From: an uncultured delta proteobacterium
GTDB lineage: Bacteria > Desulfobacterota > Binatia > JACPRU01
DNA length: 64,000 bases
Assembly: GCA_963745025.1 (NCBI GenBank)
Contig: CAVUWD010000016.1
Span: 608,001-672,000, forward strand
Direction of reading: 5' to 3'
Positions 52,472-61,495 of the stretch are shown here, piece after piece. Position 1 is the stretch's first letter, and every line of letters begins with the position of its first letter. Below the pieces are notes generated by a model. The model had not been told where the DNA came from, searched no databases, and saw nothing but the letters and a program-made list of their open reading frames with translations. Position numbers and translations under genes: made by a program.

Positions 52472-53509
52472 TCAACCTTCCTCGATCAGCTCGAGCAGCT
52501 CGAGTTCGTTCTCGGCCGCCCGGCGACCGATGGCCGCGAGCTCGACGTCGCGCCGGTACCCGTCCAGGTGGTTTCGCGCCTGAAGGATCGTGATCACCAC
52601 CCAGCGCAGGTTCGCGAACACCTCCCAGAAGCGGATCGCGCCACGATCAACCGGCTCTCCCCCAGCCCTCTCGTACTCCTCGAGGAAGTCCTCCAGGCGG
52701 CAGAGCCCACCGACCTCGCGTTCGTCCACGCCGAAGCGCCAGGTCCGCAGGCTCAGCCACGAGATGTCCTCCATCGGGTCGCCGAAGTGCGCGCCCTCCC
52801 AGTCGAGAATCGCCCGGATCCCTTCCGGGCCGTAGACGAAGTTTCCCACGCGGAAGTCGCCGTGCACCAGACCGCGCCGACTCGTCGACGGAACGTTGCC
52901 GAGCAGCCAACGAAAGCCGACCTCGAGCACGGGACGGGGCTCCGTGGCGAAGCGGCGGAACAGGGCCTGGTTGTGGAGCACGCTGCCGAGGGCCGGCGAC
53001 TTCCCCATCTGCCGGAGCGTCTCGAGCCCGCGGGTGGCGACGTCGAGGCGATGGAGCCGCGCGAGCGCCGCCGCGAGCTGCCGCGGTGCGGCTTCCCGGG
53101 CATGCGCGTACTTCTCTCCGCGAAGCAAGGGGCCGGGCGCGGTCTCGCCATCGATCCGCTTCATCACGAAGAACGGCGAGCCGAGGAGTAGGGGGTCCGA
53201 CGAGCACCAAAGCCCCTCCGGCACCGGAACGCCCGCCTGGCGGACCGCCTGCAACACCTGGAACTCCTCCGGCCGGCTGACGCTGTCGAGGCAGCTCGCC
53301 GGGGGATCGCAGCGCGCGATCAGAGCCTGCCGCTCCACTCGCCCGTCCTTCTCGAACACGGCCTCGAAGCTCCAGTGCGGTCGCGAGGTCCCGCCGCCGG
53401 CGCGAGCTAGGTTCTCGACCACGACGTGGTCGAAGCCCTGCTTCGCAATGAAGGTCGCGAGGGCGCGTGCGACATCGCCCTCCGTGCCCTCGGGCGTTCG
53501 CGCGGTCAG
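52472..53509 (-). CDS. APH-family phosphotransferase (LvaA-like), copy 2; probable CTG start
   Basis: AGGGTS, LVHGDFRVGN, LDWEGAHFGDPMED; open frame extends to CTG 53509 behind AGGAG. Confidence 0.85.
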   Translation of the reverse strand: MTARTPEGTEGDVARALATFIAKQGFDHVVVENLARAGGGTSRPHWSFEAVFEKDGRVERQALIARCDPPASCLDSVSRPEEFQVLQAVRQAGVPVPEGLWCSSDPLLLGSPFFVMKRIDGETAPGPLLRGEKYAHAREAAPRQLAAALARLHRLDVATRGLETLRQMGKSPALGSVLHNQALFRRFATEPRPVLEVGFRWLLGNVPSTSRRGLVHGDFRVGNFVYGPEGIRAILDWEGAHFGDPMEDISWLSLRTWRFGVDEREVGGLCRLEDFLEEYERAGGEPVDRGAIRFWEVFANLRWVVITILQARNHLDGYRRDVELAAIGRRAAENELELLELIEEG

Positions 53510-53521
53510 CCGAGTCTCTCC

Positions 53522-54367
53522 TCAGGGCCCGGAGTCTCTTTTCTTTCGGAACTGCCAGAAATCGGGCTTCCGCTTCGCGAAGAAGGCTTCGCCGGCCTCC
53601 TTCGGGTCCGGGCCTTCGAAGAAGTCGGGCGCCATCAAGCTCGACAACCGGCCGAACGAGCCCGCCATGTAATCGATGTCGCTGTCGAAGGTCGCCTTCA
53701 GGACCTCGATGCAGGTGGGGTTCAGGTCGAGGATCTCCGCGCACCAGCGGTCCACCTCTTCCTCGACCTTGTCGAGCGGAACTACCACGTTGACCAGACC
53801 CATCTCCAGCGCCTGCCGGGCGTCATAACGTCGGCATAGCATCCACATCTCGCGCGCCTTCTTCGCGCCGACCACCCGGGTCAGATACGCGACCAGATAG
53901 CCGTCGGCCGGGCTCGCGACCCGCGGTCCGTTCTGGCCGAAGACAGCGTTCTCGGCGGCGATGGTGAAGTCGCAGCAGTAGGCCAGGTGATTTCCTCCGC
54001 CGATCGCATAGCCCCTGACCGCGGCGATGATGGGCTTGCGACACATGCGCAGGTAGTGATTCGGGGGAAAGGAGCCGTAGAACTGGTGCCTGAGCCCGCC
54101 CTCGGCCTCCCACTCCACATCGCCTCCGCTCGAGAACGCACGGTCTCCGGCTCCGGTGAGCACGACGACCCCGACCGTACGGTCGTGGCTCGCGTCGTCG
54201 AGGGCTGTCGCGATCTCCCCGATCGTCCGATCGGTGAAGGCGTTCAGCCTGTCCGGACGGTTGATCGTGATCCGGGCGACCCCGCCTCCCCGGTCGCTGT
54301 ACTTGCGCTCGTAGATGACGTCCTTGAAATCGAACCCTGTGACTCTTTCCAGGGAAGTCCAAGCCAT
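53522..54367 (-). CDS. MenB/BadI-like crotonase (candidate ring-opening beta-ketoacyl-CoA hydrolase)
   Basis: ITINRPDRLNAF, AFSSGGD, YAIGGG, FGQNGPRV, GAKKAREMWMLCRRY. Confidence 0.85.
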   Translation of the reverse strand: MAWTSLERVTGFDFKDVIYERKYSDRGGGVARITINRPDRLNAFTDRTIGEIATALDDASHDRTVGVVVLTGAGDRAFSSGGDVEWEAEGGLRHQFYGSFPPNHYLRMCRKPIIAAVRGYAIGGGNHLAYCCDFTIAAENAVFGQNGPRVASPADGYLVAYLTRVVGAKKAREMWMLCRRYDARQALEMGLVNVVVPLDKVEEEVDRWCAEILDLNPTCIEVLKATFDSDIDYMAGSFGRLSSLMAPDFFEGPDPKEAGEAFFAKRKPDFWQFRKKRDSGP

Positions 54368-54373
54368 TGGTCT

Positions 54374-54722
54374 CTATCCTCGCGCAGCTGTCATCCGCTT
54401 GATTCGACCTATCGTCTGCGCACCACGATCGATGAGACGATCAAACGATGAGACGATCAAAAGCATGGTCCGTGCCATGCGATCCCGTCTTGATCGGAGA
54501 GGCGGTTCGGGAGAGTTCCGCAAGCTCGGCAGGCGGTGCCGGCCCATGGCCTCGGCCACCCGTGCCGGGGCGATCTCGGCGAGGGAGACAACCTCGTCGA
54601 GCGCGCCACGGCTCAGCTTCGCTTCGCGATCGAGACGCCGCCGGAGAAGGCGACGAGAGGACCTCGCGCATCTCAAGCAGTGACCTCCGCAAGCGGTCGA
54701 GCTTCGTTTCTATGGGCGACAT
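54374..54722 (-). other. Possible small frameshifted or degenerate hypothetical gene
   Basis: Two overlapping short ORFs (54441..54722, 54374..54676) in the operon gap. Confidence 0.3.
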
Positions 54723-54734
54723 CGCACGCCGCCA

Positions 54735-55565
54735 CTAGCGACGCGCTTCACCACCGGAGAGGAGTCCCTTCTTGCGGAGGAACTTGACGACCAGCGCCGC
54801 GATGCGTTCCGGGGCCTCGAACATCGGATAGTGGCCGACCTGGTCGAGCACCTCCATCTCGCAGTCCGGCAGCTCGCGGGCCGTCGCCTGAACGAGCTCG
54901 ACCGGCACCCAGAAGTCCTCGCGCCCCACGACCAGCAGCACCGGGCAGCGCGCACCGCGGAGACGCCCGCGCACGTCGTGATTCGCCCACCCGGAAAGAT
55001 CGCCCGCCGCCGCGAGCTGGCTGCCGCGATGCTGCCAGCGGAGCTCCGTCACCCTCTCCTCGGGCACGCATCGGGCGAGGGAGGAGATGGCGGCGCGTTC
55101 CATCACGTCCTGCCATCCTGGCATCCACGACGGTCTCGACATCTCCACGGGGTTCGGGAACGTCGGCGTCCAAGCCGCTCCCTCCATCGGCACCGCGGCG
55201 AGCAGCCCGTCGGAATGGTTCGCGACGAGATCGATCGTGATGTCGCCGCCGATCGAGCAGCCGATGACGACGAAGCGCTGGTCGCAGACCGCTCGGCCGA
55301 ACTGGTACACGAACTCGGCGTGCTCGTGGATCGTCTGCGTCGGCCGCCAGCCGACCGGGTAGGAGCGCGAGTGTCCCGGCAGGTCGACCGCGATGGCCCT
55401 CATTCCGCTCTTCGCGAGAAGCGGAAGAAGATAGCGGTATTCGCGAGAGTCGGACCCGGCCGTGTGCACACACACGATCGGGATTCCCGTGCCGATCTCG
55501 TCGAAGAAGGTCCTCGTTCCGCCGACCGACACGTAGCGACCGGTGATCTCTTCGAGTGGTTCCAT
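54735..55565 (-). CDS. Alpha/beta hydrolase
   Basis: HTAG, DLPGH, GCSIGG nucleophile elbow, GHYPM; GGAGGAG RBS. Confidence 0.9.
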   Translation of the reverse strand: MEPLEEITGRYVSVGGTRTFFDEIGTGIPIVCVHTAGSDSREYRYLLPLLAKSGMRAIAVDLPGHSRSYPVGWRPTQTIHEHAEFVYQFGRAVCDQRFVVIGCSIGGDITIDLVANHSDGLLAAVPMEGAAWTPTFPNPVEMSRPSWMPGWQDVMERAAISSLARCVPEERVTELRWQHRGSQLAAAGDLSGWANHDVRGRLRGARCPVLLVVGREDFWVPVELVQATARELPDCEMEVLDQVGHYPMFEAPERIAALVVKFLRKKGLLSGGEARR

Positions 55566-55593
55566 CTCTCGGCTCCTCCTCGTCCCGATGCGG

Positions 55594-56019
55594 CTACTTC
55601 GCGACTTGCGACACGCAGTCCGCGAGGTGGAAGAGCGCCTCGTAGATCCGCATCGCTTCCAGCAGGTTTCCCTCGATGGCGATCCGGGGAGGGGCCGCCC
55701 CGTTCGCGCTCGAGAGAGACGGGTCGTTCTCGAAGCGCCGCTGGCCGGGCATGATGAGATCGGCGAAGCGCCGCTCGCCGGAGACGAGTTCCTCCCACGC
55801 CTGGCGCGACCCGCGCAGCCGAAACGTCGAGCCGAAGGGCGGGATCGAATCGAGCGCCTCGACGATGCGGCCACGGTAGACCTTCAGCCAACACCTCGAC
55901 TCGTCGGCCTCGAGCAGGATCGACCCGTCGAACCAGCGCGTCTCCAGCGCGAACCCCTCGTGTCGGCTCAGCGCTTCTTGCAGTCGGTCCCGAAACCGCG
56001 TGCTGCCAAAATCGATCAT
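55594..56019 (-). CDS. Hypothetical protein (possibly SCP2-like fold)
   Basis: AAGGAGG RBS; first gene of the leftward operon; AWEELV.G and IEGNL pattern. Confidence 0.65.
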   Translation of the reverse strand: MIDFGSTRFRDRLQEALSRHEGFALETRWFDGSILLEADESRCWLKVYRGRIVEALDSIPPFGSTFRLRGSRQAWEELVSGERRFADLIMPGQRRFENDPSLSSANGAAPPRIAIEGNLLEAMRIYEALFHLADCVSQVAK

Positions 56020-56199
56020 CGTGGCGGCCTCCTTTCCCGGGCCCCGGCGATCGGAACCCGTCGCCGGGCGCGGACTTCCGGAAGCACCGGCGCTCCGATG
56101 GAACACTTCCGGTTCCATGCGAGCTGTTGCGCCCATTCCTTCGTCCTTCGCGTGGCGAATCTCCTTGGACGATCCGGCAGACTCGTCCGCTTTAAGCCA

Positions 56200-56215
56200 A
56201 GCACGTGACATGCCA
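56200..56215 (-). promoter_or_regulatory. Candidate sigma54 promoter
   Basis: TGGCATGTCACGTGCT (GG-N10-GC). Confidence 0.6.
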
Positions 56216-56375
56216 TCGACCGTTTCACGGTTGCTGCACCGAAAACCGATAAGGGCCGAGGCGATTTGCACCAATTGATGCGATCCGCGTCAGCCTATAC
56301 ATGATCGTGGATCGAGAGTATGGATCTGGGCACACCATGAATTGTCAATCGCTAAAAGGCTCGCTGCACCATCTG

Positions 56376-56391
56376 TGGCACGAAGCATGCT
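56376..56391 (+). promoter_or_regulatory. Sigma54 promoter
   Basis: TGGCACGAAGCATGCT (GG-N10-GC) upstream of the AOR gene. Confidence 0.7.
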
Positions 56392-56463
56392 GCCTACAGA
56401 AGTCCAGAGGGAACATCCGATTGCGCTAAACGATTTTCATCCCTTCATTAGGAGGAGGACGCC

Positions 56464-58387
56464 ATGATTCGCGGAGGCTACGCGCGCAACATTCTGCGAG
56501 TAGATTTGGGCACCGGCGAGATCAGAAAGGACGATCTCCCGGAGGAGAAGGTGCTGCGGCAGTACATAGGAGGCACGGGGCTCGCTCTTTATTACCTGCT
56601 CAAGGAGGCGCCGGCTGGCGCCAGCGCCACCGATCCTCGGACCCCGCTCATATTCATGACCGGTCCGCTGGCCGGGACCGCCGCCCCGAGCTCCAGCAAC
56701 TACGTCGTGGTCTCCTTTCACTACGAGACTCCATATGCCGCGGGAACGGGCCATTCACACGGGTTTTGGGCCGCTTACCTGAAGCATGCCGGGTATGAGG
56801 GGATCATCATTACCGGACGAGCCGCAGCGCCGGTGTATCTTTGGATCGATGACGGTGCGGTGCAGCTCAGGGATGCCGGCGCGGTATGGGGCAAAGACAC
56901 GCGCGAGACCGAGCGGCGGATCAAGGCGGAGCTGGGAGGAGAGCCGGAAAAGATCAGCGTAGCGTGCATCGGCCCGGCGGGGGAGGCTCTGCTTCCCGGT
57001 GCGATGATCAAGAACGACCGGAACCATGGGGCGGGCAAGGGCAGTCCCGGCGCGATCATGGGCTCGAAGAACCTCAAGGCGATCGCCGTGCGCGGCACCG
57101 GCACCGTGCCGATCGCCAAGCCGGACTGCATTTTTCGAGACCGCGACCCAGTGGGAGCAGAACCTCTTCATCACTCCGGAGGGGGGAGTGCCCCCAGTGC
57201 TCGCTCTCGTTCACAACGCGGGAGTCACTAGGGGTTACAACATCATTGGTGAGCTCTCGATGCTCGCCGGCAAGAACCTGACCGATCCCGAATGGGGCAA
57301 GGTGTACGGCCAGAATTACGTCGATGGCTGCGCCCGCTGGATCGTTACCGCCAGACCTTCTTATAACTGCAAGATCGAGTGCGCCTACGACGTCACGGTC
57401 ACGGATGGTCCCCTGCTCGGGCTCAAGGCGAGCCCGTGCGGTGGCGGTGAAAATACGGAGGGGGCCGCCGCCATGATCGGTGTGGAAGACCCCGGGGCGG
57501 CGCTGGCCATGACGGAGTTCTACGACGCGATGGGGCTCGAGTCCTCCACCGCCGGCTGCGTCCTCGCCATGGCCTTCGAGGCCTACAACAGAGGGATCAT
57601 CACCAAAGAAGACACGGGCGGCCTGGAGCTCAAGTGGGGGAATTACGAGGCGGCGATGGCCCTGATCGAGCAGATGTTGAAGAGGGAGAAGTTCGGAGCG
57701 GTATTGGCTCGGGGGCTCAAAGAGGCCGCCCGAGTCATCGGCAAAGGCGTCGACAAGTTCGTCGTCCACATCAAGGGCGGCGGGATCAATCTTCATGACT
57801 GGCGGCCGGTGTGGAGCGTTCTCTTCGGCGAGGTGATCGCCGGTGCGGGCGTGTGCTGGCAGGCGCCCGGAGTGGATGCGTGGTGCGGGGAGCCGGACCT
57901 GGGCTACCTCACCCACCCCCCGGGGACAGCGGACGACCTCCCCCATGCGCTGGAAAAGGTCGAGCAGGTGCGGCGGACGCAATTCAAGAAGCTGTGGGAG
58001 GATTGTCTGGGAATCTGCTGGTTCGCGGCCTGGGGTGTGCAGGACGTGACGAAGCTTGCCCCGAAGGCGCTGGCGGAAGCCGTCGGATGGGACGACTTCA
58101 CGACCGAGGAGGCCATGGCCGCCGGAGAGAGGGTCGTCAACCTGATGCGCGTCGTCTATGCGCAGCGAGGATTCAAGAAGGAGGACGAATTCGACGTTTC
58201 GCCGCGCCTGCTCGAGCCCCCCACGAGCGGCAGCGCGAAGGGAAAGTCGATCGCAGCGTTTTTGCCCGCCATGGTAGATGAATACTACCGACAGATGGGC
58301 TGGGAGGTGGCGACCGGCATGCCAACGCGGCCGGGCCTCGCCCGGCTCGGGCTCGAGGAGTATACGGCCAGCGTCGAGCGGCGCTGA
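56464..58387 (+). CDS. Aldehyde:ferredoxin oxidoreductase (W/Mo-bis-pterin); frameshift near 57125
   Basis: ILRVDL, MTGPLAG, LK.AGY.GIII.G, CIGPAGE, GAIMGSKNLKAI, L.WG, DCLGICWF, DEYY..GW; AGGAGG RBS. Confidence 0.88.
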
Positions 58388-58477
58388 CTCGACCAGTCGC
58401 AGGACGTTCCGATCGCTACGCGATACGCTGCGGTGGGCCGTCGAACTCGCCGGAAGCGCTGCTCAGGCAACCGTCGA

Positions 58478-58897
58478 TCACGAGGCCGCTGCCGCGGATG
58501 TGCGGTGCTCCGCAGCCAGGCGCCGTACGGTCTCGACGATCTCCCGGGATGAAGCCCCTGCCCCGAAGACTGCCGCGACTCCCTTCCCGACGAGAAGCTC
58601 TTCGTCTGATCGAGTCAGAATCGAACCGCCGAGCACGAGGGGGATTCTCGCACCTCCTTCCCCCAGGCGGCGGAGCAGTTCGTCGACGGAGTAGCGGTAC
58701 TCCCAGGAGTGGCAGCTAACTCCGACCACATCGGCGCTCTCGTCGCGTGCCGAGGCGGCGATGGTCTCGGGTGAAGCGAACCGACCGAGGTAAATCACCT
58801 CCATCCCGGAGTTGCGCAGAATAGAGGCGGCGGCGAGCGCCCCGGTCTCGTGGCCGTCGAAGCCGAGGATCGCGATGAGAACGCGGGACGGCCTCAT
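58478..58897 (-). CDS. Acyl-CoA mutase small subunit (cobalamin-binding domain)
   Basis: GFDGHETG (DxHxxG), GMEVIYLG, VVGVS, GG. Confidence 0.9.
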   Translation of the reverse strand: MRPSRVLIAILGFDGHETGALAAASILRNSGMEVIYLGRFASPETIAASARDESADVVGVSCHSWEYRYSVDELLRRLGEGGARIPLVLGGSILTRSDEELLVGKGVAAVFGAGASSREIVETVRRLAAEHRTSAAAAS

Positions 58898-60531
58898 GCG
58901 CTGGCCCTCGCGTCGAGGGAGCCGCCGTCGAGGGGTGGCGTCATCGCTCCGAAGGGGTCGTAGGCCGCACCGTAGGCGAGGCGCAGCATTCCCGCGACCT
59001 CACCCAGCGTGGCCTCGGCCTCGAACGCCGCGATGATCGCGGGCATGAGGGACTGCTCCCTGTTCTTGCCGGCCTCGAGAAGCGCGCGTAACGCCCCGCC
59101 GAGCCGCCCCATGTCGCGCGACCGCTTGAACTCGCGGATCCGCTCTACGTGGTCCCAGCAGGGCTCGACCTTGGTTTCGGCAACCTCGCGCAGCAGCCGG
59201 TCCTCTTCCTCCGGCACGGAGAAGACGTTGACGCCGACCCTCGGAACGGTTCCGTCCTCGACTTCGCGGGCTCGCTCGACCATCGCCCGCTCGAGAAGGC
59301 TTCGGAAGAAGCCGCGCGCGGCGAGATCGACCGGATCGCCCATGGCCTCGATGCGCCCCACGGCCTCGCGGATCTTCCCCTCCATCTCGTTCGTCAGGCG
59401 CTCCACGTAGTACGAGCCGCCGAGCGGATCCACGACGCCGGTGACTCCGGTTTCGAGGCCGATGATCTGCTGCGTCCGCAGCGCGACGACGTGCGCCTCG
59501 TGGCTGGGCGGCCGGTAGGCCTCGTCGAACGTGGAGATCTCCATGGCCTGGACGCCCGCCATCGCCAGCGCCAGCGCCTGCGACGTGCCGCGCACCACGT
59601 TGTTGATCGGCTGCTGCGCGGTGAGGGCGCTGCCCGCCGTGTGGGCCGTGATGTTCACGGACCACGAACGCGGGTCCTTGGCCCCGAACTCCTCGCGCAT
59701 CATGCGCGCGAAGAATCTGCGCGTCGCGCGGATCTTGGCCACCTCCTCGAAGAAGTTCATGCGGCAGTTGACCAGGATGGCGATCCGCGGAGCGAACCGG
59801 TCGATGTCGAGGCCGCGCGCGAGCAGCCCGCGCACCACCTTGCGGATCTCGACGAATCCGAGCGCCATCTCCTCCACGGCGTCGGGCCCGCCGTCGCTTA
59901 CGAAGTACGTGTCCTCGAGGAAGGAGTGGAACCTGGGCATCTCGCGCGTGCAGAACTCGATCGAGTCGAGCGCGAGGCGAAGGCGCAGCTCGACGGGCAT
60001 GTGGACGGCGTAGCTGTAGTCCTCGCCATAGAGCGGCATTTGCAACACCGAGCCTCGCAGCTCCTCCAGCGCGACCCCGCGGGCGCGGGCGACGAGATAC
60101 ACGGCGGCCACGCCGAACCAGCCCTGGACCGAGTGCGAGAGGGTCACGCGGTCGATCGGGATGCCGTCGTAGAGCTCGAGAAAGTCCTGCCGGCGGCAGA
60201 GCGAAACCCCTTGGGTGCCGACTCCATTGTGGGCCATCGGGTGGTCGGGATCGAAGCATGCGAAGGTCGGCGCGTCGCCGATCACGTCGAGGCCGCTCGC
60301 CCCGCTGTCGATCAGCCTGCGAAACTGGGCATTGGACCGAGCCGGTGGTCCTTCCCCGGAAAGCTCGCGCAGGATCCAGCCGCGGCTGCGATCCAGGCTG
60401 GCCCGCCGGCCGCGCGTGAACGGATACGAACCGGGATCGCCGAGGTCGCCGGCATAGTCGACCTCCGACAGATCGGCGGGTGAATAAAACGATTTGGCGG
60501 AATTTTGGGACCGCACGGGGTCAACGCTCAT
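58894..60531 (-). CDS. Acyl-CoA mutase large subunit (methylmalonyl-CoA mutase family)
   Basis: LGDPGSYPFTRG, NFFEEVAKIRA.RR, HTAG.ALTAQQP.NN, ALRTQQII, VDPLGGSYYVE, ATLGE. Confidence 0.92.
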   Translation of the reverse strand: MSVDPVRSQNSAKSFYSPADLSEVDYAGDLGDPGSYPFTRGRRASLDRSRGWILRELSGEGPPARSNAQFRRLIDSGASGLDVIGDAPTFACFDPDHPMAHNGVGTQGVSLCRRQDFLELYDGIPIDRVTLSHSVQGWFGVAAVYLVARARGVALEELRGSVLQMPLYGEDYSYAVHMPVELRLRLALDSIEFCTREMPRFHSFLEDTYFVSDGGPDAVEEMALGFVEIRKVVRGLLARGLDIDRFAPRIAILVNCRMNFFEEVAKIRATRRFFARMMREEFGAKDPRSWSVNITAHTAGSALTAQQPINNVVRGTSQALALAMAGVQAMEISTFDEAYRPPSHEAHVVALRTQQIIGLETGVTGVVDPLGGSYYVERLTNEMEGKIREAVGRIEAMGDPVDLAARGFFRSLLERAMVERAREVEDGTVPRVGVNVFSVPEEEDRLLREVAETKVEPCWDHVERIREFKRSRDMGRLGGALRALLEAGKNREQSLMPAIIAAFEAEATLGEVAGMLRLAYGAAYDPFGAMTPPLDGGSLDARASA

Positions 60532-60660
60532 TGGGGGATCTCCCTGGCGACTCCAATGGGAGTCACATGCATCACATTTTGATTCCGACGGCGACAGAAG
60601 CAAACGGTATCTTCAGGCCGTGTCTTCCAAACTAACGTCTCGTTCACACCCGGTTTCCCC

Positions 60661-61182
60661 CTATTTTTTCCTCTGCATCTTGCCCACGTCCCAGCTGATG
60701 ATCTTGTCCGGAACAATCCTGATCGCAACACGGTCCGGGGTGTACAGGGTGTTGAAATAATCCTCCTGCTCTTTCGGGGAAAACTTGCCCCAGTATTTGT
60801 CCACGTATCCTCGGCAAACTTTGACAACGATCTCCTTGTTCTCGATGATTTCCGCCCGTCCCTTGATCGTCAGGGCCTGCTCCTTGGCAAGCGTGGTCTC
60901 CTCCCGTGAAACGGAGGCGGACGTGCGGTTGTCTCTCCGGTAGGAGATCTCCTTGACCCGGCCCTTGACCGTGCTGGTGTAAACATCATCCCCCAGCATG
61001 CAGTAGAACATGGGAGTTACCATAGGCCAGCCGTTCTTGGTGAGGTGTGTGAGGTACAGCACTTTGCCCGTGTGCAGGAGATCTTTGATATCCTCCGCGC
61101 TCATCCACCACTCGGCCTGTTCATGTACTTTCTTCCACGAATCAACTGTCTGTCCTGGGATGTCAGCCGCTCTTTCTGCCAT
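60661..61182 (-). CDS. Pyridoxamine 5'-phosphate oxidase-like (flavin/F420 split-barrel) protein
   Basis: L...NG.P.VTPM.Y, K...RRDNR.S.SV, I.GRAEI, IVPDKIISWD. Confidence 0.8.
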   Translation of the reverse strand: MAERAADIPGQTVDSWKKVHEQAEWWMSAEDIKDLLHTGKVLYLTHLTKNGWPMVTPMFYCMLGDDVYTSTVKGRVKEISYRRDNRTSASVSREETTLAKEQALTIKGRAEIIENKEIVVKVCRGYVDKYWGKFSPKEQEDYFNTLYTPDRVAIRIVPDKIISWDVGKMQRKK

Positions 61183-61225
61183 TTTGACTCTCCTTCTTGA
61201 GACTCTTAATTCTCAAATACTTTCT

Positions 61226-61241
61226 CGCATTTTCTATGCCA
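61226..61241 (-). promoter_or_regulatory. Sigma54 promoter
   Basis: TGGCATAGAAAATGCG (GG-N10-GC) in an AT-rich spacer. Confidence 0.65.
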
Positions 61242-61422
61242 GAAAAATCAATTCGGATTCAGTAAAAGTTAAAGGTCTTTCGCCATTTTTTCGCAACTCA
61301 AGTGCCTCGGCTCAATAGTGGATTTGGCGAGCAGTTCCGGATTTGAGTTCGCGGATTGCGACAATGTGGCGAGATGCTACGTTCCGATAAAACTATAAAC
61401 CGCTGAGTATTGTGTTTCTTTT

Positions 61423-61438
61423 TGGCACATACAATGCT
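61423..61438 (+). promoter_or_regulatory. Sigma54 promoter
   Basis: TGGCACATACAATGCT (GG-N10-GC). Confidence 0.7.
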
Positions 61439-61495
61439 CGCATATCGGCAGGTAGCTCTTGCTCACGCGGCTCGAAAGGTGAGCTCTCTCGATAA

